Part shown: in pieces, positions 10,421 through 20,053 of the stretch | Layout: the number at the start of each line of letters is the position of its first letter | Numbering within the stretch: the first letter of the stretch is position 1 | Assembly: GCA_963725665.1 (NCBI GenBank) | Contig: CAVRZA010000003.1 | Coordinates: 160,001 to 224,000, forward strand | Direction: 5' to 3' | From: an uncultured Actinomycetes bacterium | GTDB taxonomy: Bacteria > Actinomycetota > Thermoleophilia > UBA2241 | DNA: 64,000 nt | Notes under the pieces: generated by a model | What the model saw: the letters and a program-made list of their open reading frames with translations, nothing else | Databases searched by the model: none | What the model was told of the DNA's origin: nothing | Position numbers and translations under genes: made by a program

Positions 10421-11068
10421 TTGGCTGAACCGTTCGAACTGGCAGCGCTCACACTGGGGCCCCTCGGGGCCAATTGCTTCATCTTGGCCGCCGAAGGGGC
10501 CGCGCTGATCTTCGATCCCGGCGACGAGGCCGAACAGGTGGTGGCCGCCCTCGATGCTCTCGGGGCCCAGCCACGCGCCATCCTTCTCACACACGGCCAC
10601 TTCGACCACTTCGGCGCCGTCGCTCCGCTGGCCGATCGCTACGGGTTGCCGGTCCACGTCGGTGCCGCCGACGCCGGCTTGCTCGACGGCTCCGGTCTAG
10701 GCGCGCTCGCCGGTTTTGAGGTGCAAGCCGTGAGCGATCCCATCCTTCTGTCGGGAGAGCAGGAGCTTGACCTGATCGTGCCCGTCACCGCCCTGCCCAC
10801 GCCGGGGCACTCGAAGGGGTCCTATACGTTCGCCGTCGACGGCCACCTGTTCGTCGGCGACCTGCTCTTCTTCGGCAGCGTGGGGCGCACCGATCTGCCC
10901 GGAGGCTCGTCCGACGAGCTCCTCAACTCCATAGCAGAGCTGGTGCGGCGGTTCCCGCCCGACACCCAGGTGCACTGCGGGCACGGCCCCGACACCTCGC
11001 TGGGACGCGAGCTCGCCCTCAACCCGTTCCTCTCGCCGCTGCGCTACGATCCCGGACACCGCTGGTGA
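10421..11068 (+). CDS. MBL-fold metallo-hydrolase (glyoxalase II/YcbL-like)
   Basis: THGHFDH, TPGHS.GS, GDLLF.GSVGRTDLPGG, GHGP. Confidence 0.92.
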   Translation: MAEPFELAALTLGPLGANCFILAAEGAALIFDPGDEAEQVVAALDALGAQPRAILLTHGHFDHFGAVAPLADRYGLPVHVGAADAGLLDGSGLGALAGFEVQAVSDPILLSGEQELDLIVPVTALPTPGHSKGSYTFAVDGHLFVGDLLFFGSVGRTDLPGGSSDELLNSIAELVRRFPPDTQVHCGHGPDTSLGRELALNPFLSPLRYDPGHRW

Positions 11069-11105
11069 AGGGCGGCGTGCCACCTCGTTGCGGCAGAAGG
11101 ACCCG

Positions 11106-12479
11106 ATGAGCACGCCACAGGCGCCCAAGGGCACCTACGACCTGCTGCCCGGCGAGGCCGCGGAGCGCGACGATATCGTCGCCGCAGCGGTGCGCGTGTT
11201 CGAGGCCTACGGCTACCGCCATATCGTCACCCCAGAGTTCGAAGACACGGCGCTCTTCGAGCGCGGGGTGGGCGAGGCGACGGATATTGTGCGCAAGGAG
11301 ATGTATACCTTCCCCGACAAGGGTGGACGTCTCCTGACCCTGCGGCCGGAGGGCACGGCGCCGGTCTGCCGGGCCTACATCGAGCATGGCATGCACAAGT
11401 GGCCGCAACCGGTGAAGCTCTGGTACCACGCGCCGATGTTCCGCTACGAGCGCCCACAGGCGGGGCGCTACCGGGAGCACTACCAGATCGGCGCCGAGTC
11501 GATAGGCTCGGCTGAACCCGCGGTCGACGCCGAGGTGGTGGCTCTCCTGGGCCAGATCCTCGGCGAGGTGGGGCTCGACCGGGTGCGCCTGGTCATCAAC
11601 AGCATGGGAGACAGGACGTGCCGACCGGCCTACGGTGAGCTGTTGCGCGGCTACCTGCACGCGCACGAGGACGAGCTGTGCGCCGACTGCCGCGTGCGCA
11701 TCGAGCTCAACCCCTTGCGCACCTTCGACTGCAAGGAGGAGGGCTGTCGCGCCGTGATGGCTCGCGCTCCGCGCCTGATCGACCACCTGTGTGCGGCCTG
11801 CCGCGAGCACTTCGAGCGGGTGCTGAGCCTGCTGCGCGCCGTCGGTCTCGAGCCCGACATCGACACCAGTCTCGTGCGGGGGCTCGACTACTACACACGC
11901 ACGACATTCGAGTTCCAGTCGCTCGCCCTCGAGTCGGCGCAGAACGCCGTCGGCGGCGGCGGCCGCTACGACGGGCTCATCGAGCAGCTCGGCGGATCGC
12001 CGACACCGGGGTGCGGCTTCGGCAGCGGCCTCGAGCGCATCGCCCTCGCCCGGCGCCGCTCGACGGCCGCCGGGGCACAGGCGCCGGTGTATGTGGTGAG
12101 CTTCGCCGACGAGGCGCGCGGCGAGGCGTTCGCGCTCGCCCAGAGCTTGCGTGGCGGGGGCTTGCCGGGGGCCGAGCTCGACCTGGCCGGCCGCAGCGTG
12201 AAGGGGCAGTTCAAGCAGGCAGCACGCCTCGGCGCCCGCCTCGCCGTGCTCGTCGGCCTCGAGGAGCTGGGCGAGGGCGAGGTGAGGGTGCGCGACCTGG
12301 CCGGCGGCGCAGAGCGCGACTGCCAGGTCGCGCAGCTGCCGGTGGTCGTGGGCGAGCTGTTGGCCGGCGCCGCCAAGGGGCCGTCGACCGTCGCCGGCGA
12401 TGCCGACGACGCTGCGGGGCGGAGCGACGATGCCTCCGCAGGGGACGACGACTCCGGGCGTCCGGGAGAGGCGAGCTAG
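11106..12479 (+). CDS. hisS: Histidine--tRNA ligase
   Basis: [40 protein letters not shown]. Confidence 0.96.
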   Translation: MSTPQAPKGTYDLLPGEAAERDDIVAAAVRVFEAYGYRHIVTPEFEDTALFERGVGEATDIVRKEMYTFPDKGGRLLTLRPEGTAPVCRAYIEHGMHKWPQPVKLWYHAPMFRYERPQAGRYREHYQIGAESIGSAEPAVDAEVVALLGQILGEVGLDRVRLVINSMGDRTCRPAYGELLRGYLHAHEDELCADCRVRIELNPLRTFDCKEEGCRAVMARAPRLIDHLCAACREHFERVLSLLRAVGLEPDIDTSLVRGLDYYTRTTFEFQSLALESAQNAVGGGGRYDGLIEQLGGSPTPGCGFGSGLERIALARRRSTAAGAQAPVYVVSFADEARGEAFALAQSLRGGGLPGAELDLAGRSVKGQFKQAARLGARLAVLVGLEELGEGEVRVRDLAGGAERDCQVAQLPVVVGELLAGAAKGPSTVAGDADDAAGRSDDASAGDDDSGRPGEAS

Positions 12480-12481
12480 AC

Positions 12482-14245
12482 ATGCGTCGCGATGCCGCTC
12501 CTGGCGCGCTGCGCCTCGCCGATGTCGGACGCACGGTGACGCTCGCCGGTTGGGTCGCGCGACGGCGCGACCACGGCAACCTGATCTTTGTCGACCTACG
12601 CGACCGCAGCGGTCTCGCGCAGCTGGTGTTCAACCCGGCACTCGCCCCAGAGGCGCACCATCTTGCCGAGGCGATGCGTCCCGAGTTCGTGGTCGAGGTT
12701 CGCGGCGAGGTCGTGGCGCGTAGCGACGAGACGGTCAACCCGAGCCTGCCGACAGGTGAGGTCGAGGTCGCGGTCGGCGAGGCGGCAGTGCTCAGCCGCG
12801 CCAAGACGCCGCCCTTCACCGTCGAGACCGGCGAGGGGCCCGAGGTCGACGAGACGTTGCGCCTCAAGTACCGCTACCTCGACCTGCGCCGACCGCCCAT
12901 GCTGGCCAACATCGAGCTGCGTCACAGCGCCGCGCAGGCAGCCCGCCGCTACCTCGACGAGCAGGGGTTCCTCGAAGTTGAGACGCCCATGCTGACTAGG
13001 TCGTCCCCCGAGGGGGCGCGTGACTTCCTCGTACCCTTGAGCCTGCAGCCGCGCACCTTTTACGCGCTGCCGCAGTCGCCGCAGATGTTCAAGCAGATCC
13101 TCATGATGGCCGGCGTCGACCGCTACTTCCAGCTGGCGCGCTGCTTCCGCGACGAGGACCTGCGCGCCGACCGCCAGTTCGAGCACACGCAGATCGACGT
13201 GGAGATGAGCTTCATGGACGCGCCGGCGATCAGAGAGCTCCTCGAGGGCCTCATGGCGGCGATCTGGAGTGCTGTTGGGGAGGAGGCGTTGCCGCTGCCG
13301 CTGCCCGTGCTCACCTACGACGAGGCCATGCTGCGCTACGGCTCCGACAAGCCCGACCTGCGCTTCGGCCTCGAGATCGCCGACCTGGGTGACGTCTTCG
13401 CCGAGAGCGGTTTCCAGGTCTTTCGCGGCGCGCTCGAGGGCGGCGGCGTGGTGCGCGCGCTGCGCGCGCCGGGCGCCGCCGCCCTCTCCCGCGCCCAGAT
13501 CGACGATCTCACCGAGGTGGCCAAGGCGCACGGCGCCAAGGGCATGGCCTACGTCTACGTCGAGGAGGGGCGCGCGCTGCGCGGCCCCATCGTCAAGTTC
13601 CTCTCCGAGGCCGAGCAGCGCATGCTCGTCGAGCGCACGGGCGCCGAGCACGGCGACCTCGTCGTGTTCGCCGCCGACCAGGCTGCGGTTGCGGCCGCCG
13701 TGCTCGGCGCCCTGCGCGCCGATCTCATCGCTCGCCTGGCCCTCGACCCCGAGCGACGCTGGGCGATGCTCTGGGTCGTCGAGTTCCCGCTCTTCGAGCT
13801 CGACACCGAGACGGGCGCACTCACCTACGGGCACAATCCCTTCAGTCTGCCCACGTCTGAAACGGTGCAGCACCTCGAGAGCGAGCCGCTGCGGGTGCGC
13901 GGTGCGCAGTACGATCTGGTCCTCAACGGTGTCGAGCTGGGCTCGGGCTCGTTGCGCAACCACGACGCCGACCTGCAACGGCGCATCCTTCACGGTCTCG
14001 GCTACAACGAAGAGCGCGTCGCTGAGGCCTTCGGCTGGTTTCTCGAGGCGCTGGAGCACGGCACGCCGCCCCACGGCGGCATCGGCCTCGGCTTCGACCG
14101 CATAATCATGCTGCTCGCCGGGGAGTCGTCGATCCGCGACGTCATCGCCTTTCCCAAGACGGCGTCGGGCTCAGACCCCATGACCGGCGCACCGTCGCCC
14201 GTCACCCCCGAGCAGCTCCGCGAGCTGCACCTGCGCCTTCAGTAG
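12482..14245 (+). CDS. aspS: Aspartate--tRNA ligase (RDHG suggests non-discriminating Asp/Asn type)
   Basis: [52 protein letters not shown]. Confidence 0.96.
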   Translation: MRRDAAPGALRLADVGRTVTLAGWVARRRDHGNLIFVDLRDRSGLAQLVFNPALAPEAHHLAEAMRPEFVVEVRGEVVARSDETVNPSLPTGEVEVAVGEAAVLSRAKTPPFTVETGEGPEVDETLRLKYRYLDLRRPPMLANIELRHSAAQAARRYLDEQGFLEVETPMLTRSSPEGARDFLVPLSLQPRTFYALPQSPQMFKQILMMAGVDRYFQLARCFRDEDLRADRQFEHTQIDVEMSFMDAPAIRELLEGLMAAIWSAVGEEALPLPLPVLTYDEAMLRYGSDKPDLRFGLEIADLGDVFAESGFQVFRGALEGGGVVRALRAPGAAALSRAQIDDLTEVAKAHGAKGMAYVYVEEGRALRGPIVKFLSEAEQRMLVERTGAEHGDLVVFAADQAAVAAAVLGALRADLIARLALDPERRWAMLWVVEFPLFELDTETGALTYGHNPFSLPTSETVQHLESEPLRVRGAQYDLVLNGVELGSGSLRNHDADLQRRILHGLGYNEERVAEAFGWFLEALEHGTPPHGGIGLGFDRIIMLLAGESSIRDVIAFPKTASGSDPMTGAPSPVTPEQLRELHLRLQ

Positions 14246-14390
14246 CCGCAGGTGGCGTCTCCAGCGCCGGCGGCGGCCTCCTTGGGCGTCGATCAGCCGC
14301 CGCCGGGGACGGCCCCGCCGCGCGGGGCGGTGGCCTGCTCACGGCGTTCTGCCGTCGCGACGGAGACCTACGCCGGCCTACGCTCGATGC

Positions 14391-14417
14391 TCAAGCTTTC
14401 GCGGCGCATGCCGACAA
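14391..14417 (+). promoter_or_regulatory. Sigma28/WhiG-type promoter upstream of the 6S RNA and thioredoxin-like gene
   Basis: TCAAG-N14-GCCGACAA versus consensus TAAAG-N14-GCCGATAA. Confidence 0.6.
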
Positions 14418-14420
14418 CCT

Positions 14421-14449
14421 TTGTCGGACCTGTCAACCTTTGCTACCCT
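14421..14449 (+). promoter_or_regulatory. Housekeeping-sigma promoter for 6S RNA
   Basis: TTGTCG-N17-TACCCT with extended TG, ending 7 nt before the 6S closing stem. Confidence 0.65.
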
Positions 14450-14455
14450 GTGGGT

Positions 14456-14604
14456 AGCTCGACCTTGTTCGTGATCTGCCGGGCTTAAATGAGCCAACAC
14501 TTAAGCCTAGGGAGTCCGGACTTCGCTAGGTCCGTGGACCGGCGAGAGGACACCCACCTGCATAGTCAGGTTCATTACAACGGCGGACACGGCAAGGTGG
14601 AGCC
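14456..14604 (+). ncRNA. ssrS: 6S RNA
   Basis: Directly after aspS as in Bacillus; rod pairing gctcgaccttgttcgtg/cacggcaaggtggagc, tctgccg/cggcgga, aatgagcc/ggttcatt; motifs AACACT, AGGGAG, CCCACCTG around a central bubble. Confidence 0.85.
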
Positions 14605-14623
14605 TTTCTCTTTGGAGGCGTAG

Positions 14624-15163
14624 ATGGGAGCGCTAGCCGAGTACAAGTCCTTCGTCACGAAGGCCGCCCTGATCTGCCTGGGAGGGCTGCTGATCATGGG
14701 CCTCTTCACGGTCTGCCTCGTGTGGGCGCAGACCTCCACGACGTCGCCGGCCATGCTCATCAACGAAGGCGGCGGCACCTACAACGCCGCCGGCAGCTAC
14801 GGCACCACCGGCATGGCGCCGCTCACCGTCAAGCCGACCGAGGAGACGCCGAAGTACGTCAGCAACGCGCTCAAGGCGCAGCGCGGTGTGGTGCTCCTGG
14901 TCTACTTGAAGGACGCGACTGACGATCAGGAGATGGTCTCCAACTTCGAGGCGGTCAAGGCCAAGTACGCGGCGCAGGCATCGTTCTTCAACTTCGAGGC
15001 GAAGTCTGTGTCGATGACGGGCGACCTTCTCGAGCAGCTGAAGATCGTCGCGCCGCCGGCGCTCGCCGTCATCAGCCCTGACGGCAAGGTCTACCAGGAG
15101 TACACCGGCTGGATCGACCGCGCCGTGATGGAGCAGGTCGTGGCCAACGCCGTGCGCCAGTAG
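14624..15163 (+). CDS. Membrane-anchored or exported thioredoxin-like protein lacking CxxC
   Basis: GGAGG RBS; N-terminal TM; VVLLVY....DD, APPALAVISPDGKVY..YTGWID resembles the Trx fold. Confidence 0.65.
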   Translation: MGALAEYKSFVTKAALICLGGLLIMGLFTVCLVWAQTSTTSPAMLINEGGGTYNAAGSYGTTGMAPLTVKPTEETPKYVSNALKAQRGVVLLVYLKDATDDQEMVSNFEAVKAKYAAQASFFNFEAKSVSMTGDLLEQLKIVAPPALAVISPDGKVYQEYTGWIDRAVMEQVVANAVRQ

Positions 15164-15236
15164 CGGAGAGGCAGGCAGAGAGACAGGTCACTACGAGCCG
15201 GCGCCCATCGGCCGGCTGTTAGAGAGATGGTCCATC

Positions 15237-15270
15237 GACGGGCGGCCCCGCGGGAGCGGGGCCGCCCGTC
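15237..15270. terminator. GC-rich 15-bp stem hairpin, probable terminator
   Basis: gacgggcggccccgc-ggga-gcggggccgcccgtc. Confidence 0.7.
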
Positions 15271-15342
15271 TCGCGTTCTGAGCGAGGCCGACCGCCGCGT
15301 CCGGAGCCGGGGGGGCGCCTGTCGCGGTGGGCCGGCCCCTCA

Positions 15343-15370
15343 TTGACCGCACGGTGTGCGGTGATATCAT
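15343..15370 (+). promoter_or_regulatory. Housekeeping-sigma promoter of the Rrf2-iscS-iscU-mnmA operon
   Basis: TTGACC-N16-TATCAT with extended TG. Confidence 0.6.
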
Positions 15371-15397
15371 AATCCCGACCTTTCCAGTTGGTATTAT
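15369..15397. promoter_or_regulatory. Rrf2 (IscR/CymR-type) operator
   Basis: Imperfect palindrome ATAATCCCGAC-N7-GTTGGTATTAT (9/11) over the predicted start site; resembles IscR type-1 sites. Confidence 0.7.
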
Positions 15398-15430
15398 GTT
15401 GCCGCTTCTGCGACGAGAAGAGGGTCTCGA

Positions 15431-15844
15431 GTGCGCATCTCATCCCGGTCAGAGTACGGCCTCAGGGCGATGGTCTACTTGGCTCGCCGTCCCGGCGGCT
15501 CCCCGGTGCCGCTGCCCGAGATCGCCCGCGACGAAGCCATCCCGACGGCGTTCTTGGAGCGCATACTGGCGGGGTTGCGCCGCGGCGGTCTGGTGAGCGC
15601 GACTCGCGGGGTGTACGGCGGGTACCAGCTCGCACGCGTCCCGGAGGAGATCTCGGTGGCCGACGTCATGGTCGCCCTCGAGGGGCCGCTCTCGCTGGTG
15701 GGCTGCGTGCCCGACGACGGCGCCTGCGACCGGGTCGACGGCTGCGCCTCGCGACAGGTGTGGCGGCGCCTCGACCAGGCGATCACGCACGCACTGACGG
15801 GCATCACGCTGAGGGATCTGACGACGGAGGCGACGAGCCCATGA
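15431..15844 (+). CDS. Rrf2-family regulator, IscR-like with three Cys
   Basis: MRIS.RSEYGLRA, S.TRG..GGY.LAR, C-x6-C-x5-C. Confidence 0.92.
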   Translation: MRISSRSEYGLRAMVYLARRPGGSPVPLPEIARDEAIPTAFLERILAGLRRGGLVSATRGVYGGYQLARVPEEISVADVMVALEGPLSLVGCVPDDGACDRVDGCASRQVWRRLDQAITHALTGITLRDLTTEATSP

Positions 15845-16998
15845 GAAGCGTCTACTTCGATCACGCCGCGACCACGGCGGTCGATCCGCGCGTCCTCGAA
15901 CGCATGCTTCCCTTCTTCAGCGAGCGCTACGGCAACCCGTCCGAGGTCCACGGCCTGGGGCGCGAGGCGCGCGCCGCCGTCGACGAGGCGCGCGCCCAGG
16001 TGGCGGCCGCGCTGGGCGCGGGCGAGAAGGAGATCGTCTTCACCAGCGGCGGAACGGAGTCCGACAATCTGGCGCTCCTGGGCGTGACGCAGAAGCTCGA
16101 GCCCGGCCACGTGATCATCAGCGCCGTCGAGCATCCCGCCGTCATGGAGACGGCGCGCTATCTGCAACGGCTGGATTGGGATGTGACGTTCGTGCCGGTC
16201 GACCGTCACGGCGTCATCGACGCGGATCACTACGAGGCTGCCTTCCGTGCCGACACGCGTCTCGCCAGCGTCATGACCGCCAACAACGTCATGGGCTCGC
16301 TGCAACCCATCGCGGAGCTGGCACGCCTCGCTCACGAGCGCGGCGTGACCTTTCACACCGACGCCGTGCAGGCGGTCGGCGCGGTGCCGGTCGACGTCAA
16401 CGCGCTCGGCGTCGATCTGCTGTCGCTCTCGGGTCACAAGGTCTACGGTCCCAAGGGCAGCGGCGCGCTCTTCGTGCGCCGCGGCGTACGCCTCGCGCCG
16501 GTGACACACGGCGGAGGGCACGAGCGTCGGCTGCGCTCGGGCACCGAGAACGTTCCCGGCATCGTCGGGCTCGGGGCGGCGCTCGCTATCGCGTGCGAGG
16601 AGCTGCCCGCGCAGCAGCCGCGCGTCACGGCCCTCCGCGACAGGCTGATCACGGGGGTCCTGGGCGCCGTCGAGGAGGTCACGCTGCTCGGGCACCCCAG
16701 CGAGCGCCTTCCCGGCAACGCCTGCTTCAGCATCCGCTACGTCGAGGGCGAGTCGATGGTCCTGCAGCTCGACGGCAGGGGCATCGCCGCAGCGAGCGGG
16801 TCGGCCTGCGCTTCCGGCTCGCTGGAACCCTCGCACGTCATCCTGGCGATGGGTCTCGGCGCTGAGGAGGCACACGGCAGCCTGCGGCTGACGCTGGGGC
16901 GCGAGAACAGCGCCGAAGACGTGGATTACTTCGTCGCGGTCCTGCCCGGCGTGGTCGAGAAGCTGCGCGCTATGAGTCCGCTCTACGCGAAAGGGTAG
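15841..16998 (+). CDS. iscS: Cysteine desulfurase
   Basis: YFDHAATT, FTSGGTESDN, HTDAVQ, SGHKVYGPKG, SGSACASG, LRAMSPLY. Confidence 0.95.
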   Translation: MRSVYFDHAATTAVDPRVLERMLPFFSERYGNPSEVHGLGREARAAVDEARAQVAAALGAGEKEIVFTSGGTESDNLALLGVTQKLEPGHVIISAVEHPAVMETARYLQRLDWDVTFVPVDRHGVIDADHYEAAFRADTRLASVMTANNVMGSLQPIAELARLAHERGVTFHTDAVQAVGAVPVDVNALGVDLLSLSGHKVYGPKGSGALFVRRGVRLAPVTHGGGHERRLRSGTENVPGIVGLGAALAIACEELPAQQPRVTALRDRLITGVLGAVEEVTLLGHPSERLPGNACFSIRYVEGESMVLQLDGRGIAAASGSACASGSLEPSHVILAMGLGAEEAHGSLRLTLGRENSAEDVDYFVAVLPGVVEKLRAMSPLYAKG

Positions 16999-17001
16999 TG
17001 G

Positions 17002-17409
17002 ATGTACACCGAGCTCGTTATGGACCACTTCTCCAACCCGCGCAACGTGGGCGAGGTCGAGGACGCCGACGGCGTCGGCCAGGTTGGCAACCCGGTCTGC
17101 GGCGACGTGATGCGCATGACCATCAAGGTCGACGACGACGATCACATCACGGACATCAAGTTCAAGACGTTCGGCTGCGGCGCCGCCGTGGCGACTTCGA
17201 GCATGGTGACCGAGATGGTGATGGGCAGAAGCCTCGCCGAGGCGGCCGAGATCTCGAACCGCACCGTCGCCGAGGCCCTCGGTGGCCTGCCGCCGCAGAA
17301 GATGCACTGCTCCAATCTGGCCGCCGATGCGGTGCATCTGGCGATCGAGGACTACCTCACCAGGAACGGCCGCAGCGACGAGATACCCGCCGTCCTAAAA
17401 AAAGCGTGA
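17002..17409 (+). CDS. iscU: Fe-S cluster scaffold protein (NifU/IscU)
   Basis: DHFSNPRNVG, GNPVCGD, FKTFGCG, LPPQKMHCS. Confidence 0.95.
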   Translation: MYTELVMDHFSNPRNVGEVEDADGVGQVGNPVCGDVMRMTIKVDDDDHITDIKFKTFGCGAAVATSSMVTEMVMGRSLAEAAEISNRTVAEALGGLPPQKMHCSNLAADAVHLAIEDYLTRNGRSDEIPAVLKKA

Positions 17410-18584
17410 TCGTCGGCCTGAGCGGCGGCGTCGACAGCGCCGTCGCGGCTCTGCTGCTCCGTGAGCAGGGCTATGAGGTGCGGGCGGCCACGCTGAAGCT
17501 CTGGCCGAGTGAGGACGAGCGCTCCTGCTGCTCGCCCCAGGCCGTCGCCCGCGCCCGCGAGGCGGCGCACGCGCTGGGTCTGCCACACTTCAGCGTCGAT
17601 GAGCGGACGCGCTTCGCCGCACGCGTCGTCGACCCGTTCGTGCGCGCCTACGAGGACGGAGAGACGCCGAACCCGTGCACGGCCTGCAACCCCGACCGCC
17701 TGCGGCGCCTGCTACAGCTCGCCAACCGTCTCGGTGACGGCTACGTCGCCACGGGCCACTACGCCCGTGTCGTGGATGCCGACGGCCGGCCCTTCACCGG
17801 CGAGGGAGAGGCCTTCGTGGCCCGCGGACGCGACCGGGCCAAGGATCAGTCGTACATGCTGTGGCGCGTGCCCGGCGATGTGCTGGCGCGCCTGCTCCTG
17901 CCGCTCGGCGACCTGGAGAAGGCCGAGGTGCGCGCGCGGGCAGCGCGGGCGGGCCTCGCCGTCGCCGATCAGGCCGAAAGCCAAGAGGTGTGTTTCGCGC
18001 CGGAGGACTACCGCGCCTTCCTGGCCGCCCGCGGCGTCCGCGCGCGTCAGGGAGCAATCGTCGCGCGCGACGGCCGCGAGCTCGGTCGCCATACAGGACA
18101 GTGGCGCTTCACCATCGGCCAGCGGCGTGGCTTGGGTGTGAGCGGCCCAGAGCCGCTCTACGTGCTCGAGCGACGCGCGGCGGCCAACGAGGTAGTCGTC
18201 GGCCGCCGCGCGGAGCTCGACGCGCGCGAGATCGAGCTGCGCGAGCTCACCGACCGCGGATTGGCGCCGGTCGCGGGGCGCGTGGCCGGGCGGCCGCTGC
18301 TCGGCGGGGAGGAGCTGGGTCCAGAGGCGGCGCTCGAGGTGCAGCTGCGCTACCGGGCGGGCGCGGTCGGCGTCGCGCGACTGACGCGGCGCGACGCCGA
18401 CCGCGCCCGCCTCACCCTGGCCGCGCCCTTCGCGGGACCGGCGCCCGGTCAGTCGGCGGTCTTCTACCGCGGGGGGGTCGTGGTCGGCGGCGGCGTCATC
18501 GCCGCGAGCGGCGGGTGGACGGTGCCGGGCGCGGACGTCTCGAGACCCGGAGAGCCCCGCCGGTGCCGGGAAGACTCTCGCTGA
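17406..18584 (+). CDS. mnmA: tRNA 2-thiouridine(34) synthase, CxxC type
   Basis: SGGVDS, TPNPCTACN, ATGHYAR, KDQSY, ESQEVCF, FTIGQRRGLG, PGQSAVFY. Confidence 0.93.
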   Translation: MIVGLSGGVDSAVAALLLREQGYEVRAATLKLWPSEDERSCCSPQAVARAREAAHALGLPHFSVDERTRFAARVVDPFVRAYEDGETPNPCTACNPDRLRRLLQLANRLGDGYVATGHYARVVDADGRPFTGEGEAFVARGRDRAKDQSYMLWRVPGDVLARLLLPLGDLEKAEVRARAARAGLAVADQAESQEVCFAPEDYRAFLAARGVRARQGAIVARDGRELGRHTGQWRFTIGQRRGLGVSGPEPLYVLERRAAANEVVVGRRAELDAREIELRELTDRGLAPVAGRVAGRPLLGGEELGPEAALEVQLRYRAGAVGVARLTRRDADRARLTLAAPFAGPAPGQSAVFYRGGVVVGGGVIAASGGWTVPGADVSRPGEPRRCREDSR

Positions 18585-18587
18585 GGC

Positions 18588-18613
18588 GTTTTGCAGGCAT
18601 CATCTCCAGGCAT
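18588..18613 (+). promoter_or_regulatory. Possible SigB/SigF-type promoter
   Basis: GTTT-N16-AGGCAT (4/6 to GGGTAT) upstream of the DUF948-rsbW-sigB unit. Confidence 0.4.
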
Positions 18614-18668
18614 AACCGGATGTGATAGTGTGTCCACTCGTCTGGTCTGGATGTGAAGGAGGGAGGGG

Positions 18669-19346
18669 ATGGTCCAGTCGTATGTCATCGCTGCGAACAC
18701 GCCGGGCACGGTCCTGCGGTACGCGGCGGCATTCTTCCTTGTCGTGGTGGCCATCGGTCTGGTCATCGCCCTCATCCGCCTCGCCCAGACGCTGAACCGC
18801 GTCGACAAGCTGGTCGAGGACACCGACAGGGAGATGGTGCCCCTGTTGAGCCGGGCGCAGGTGACCCTCGATCAGGTAAACAGCGAGCTCGGCAAGGTCG
18901 ACGAGATCCTCGGGAGTGTGGTCAACGTCACCAGCAAGGTCGACGCTACCACGAACGTCGTGCAGACGGCCGTCACCGCGCCCGCCAAGAAGGCGGCCGC
19001 TTTCAGCGCCGGCGTATCGCAGGCCGTGGCGAGCTTCTTCGCCCGTCACGACGACGAGGGCGCCGACAAGACGGCCGGCGAGCAGGCGGGCGCACAGCGT
19101 CCCTCCTGGGCGTCGACGTGGTCGGCGGGAGCCGGCGCCGAGAAGACGGAGGCCGGGGCGACCGCGGCCGGTGGTGCAGGCCCCGAGACCGACGAGGCGC
19201 CAGGTCCGGTTTCGGCTTCGGTGGGAGGCTGGACGAGTCCCTCGTCGTCGGGCGATGGTGCGCCCGACTCGGCCGTCACGGCGACGGAAGGCGAGGGCGA
19301 CGCGCTCCCCAAAGGGGCGAGCGAGGAGGAGACGAGCGCGACATGA
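18669..19346 (+). CDS. DUF948 (YtxG-like) membrane protein with low-complexity tail
   Basis: Strong RBS; TM helix then L..TL.RV..L coiled coil. Confidence 0.75.
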   Translation: MVQSYVIAANTPGTVLRYAAAFFLVVVAIGLVIALIRLAQTLNRVDKLVEDTDREMVPLLSRAQVTLDQVNSELGKVDEILGSVVNVTSKVDATTNVVQTAVTAPAKKAAAFSAGVSQAVASFFARHDDEGADKTAGEQAGAQRPSWASTWSAGAGAEKTEAGATAAGGAGPETDEAPGPVSASVGGWTSPSSSGDGAPDSAVTATEGEGDALPKGASEEETSAT

Positions 19347-19606
19347 GGTTTCTGGGCGCGCTCGGCCTCGGAGCCGTCGTCGCCGGCGTCGGGCTGGCGT
19401 ACTGCGTGCGCCGAGAGAGCCTGCGCACCGGTGAGGGCTACCTGGCCGCGTTGCGGCAGTTCCCGGCGCAGGCGTCGTCGCTCGTCGACGACGCGCGCCG
19501 CCGCGGCCGCCTCGCCGTGAGCGAGGGTCTTCAGGCGGCGCGCATGCGCGAAGAGCAGGTCGCGCGACGGCTCACCGTGGCCGAGTCGTCGCAGGAATCT
19601 ACGTAG
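19343..19606 (+). CDS. Small membrane-anchored protein in the YtxH position
   Basis: ATGA overlap; MRFLGALGLGAVVAGVGLAY. Confidence 0.6.
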   Translation: MRFLGALGLGAVVAGVGLAYCVRRESLRTGEGYLAALRQFPAQASSLVDDARRRGRLAVSEGLQAARMREEQVARRLTVAESSQEST

Positions 19607-19611
19607 ATCTG

Positions 19612-20019
19612 GTGTCGGTGAACGATAGCATCCGTCTCGAGGTCCCCGCCTCGGCCTCGTTCTTTCCCGTCGTGCGTATGGTCGTTGGCGGCGCCGCGGC
19701 GCGCGCCGACCTGCGTCTCGACCAGTTGCAGGACCTGCAGATGGCGCTCGAGGAGCTGTTGTGCGCCGCGCAGGGCCTCGATGAGGCGAGTCGTTACGCG
19801 GTCGTCACTCACGTCGAGAGCAGCTGCCTGACGGTCTCGGCCGGGCCTTTCAGCTCCGCCGAGCTGCGCGCTCTGCTCGTACGCGATGCCGACCACGAGA
19901 GCTTCGACCTGACCCACCTCCTCGCGCACATGGTGCACTCGCTCGATGTGCGGGACGACTGTGACGGCTTCTGGGTCGCCATCGGCATGCGCCTCGGCGA
20001 GGAGCTGACCGTCAACTAG
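19612..20019 (+). CDS. Anti-sigma factor, RsbW-like, degenerate ATP-binding motifs
   Basis: IRLEVPA....VVR.VVGG.A.R....LD...DL..A.EE directly before sigB. Confidence 0.75.
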   Translation: MSVNDSIRLEVPASASFFPVVRMVVGGAAARADLRLDQLQDLQMALEELLCAAQGLDEASRYAVVTHVESSCLTVSAGPFSSAELRALLVRDADHESFDLTHLLAHMVHSLDVRDDCDGFWVAIGMRLGEELTVN

Positions 20020-20053
20020 ACGAGGGCCGCGCGAGCGGCCGAGAGGACGATCG

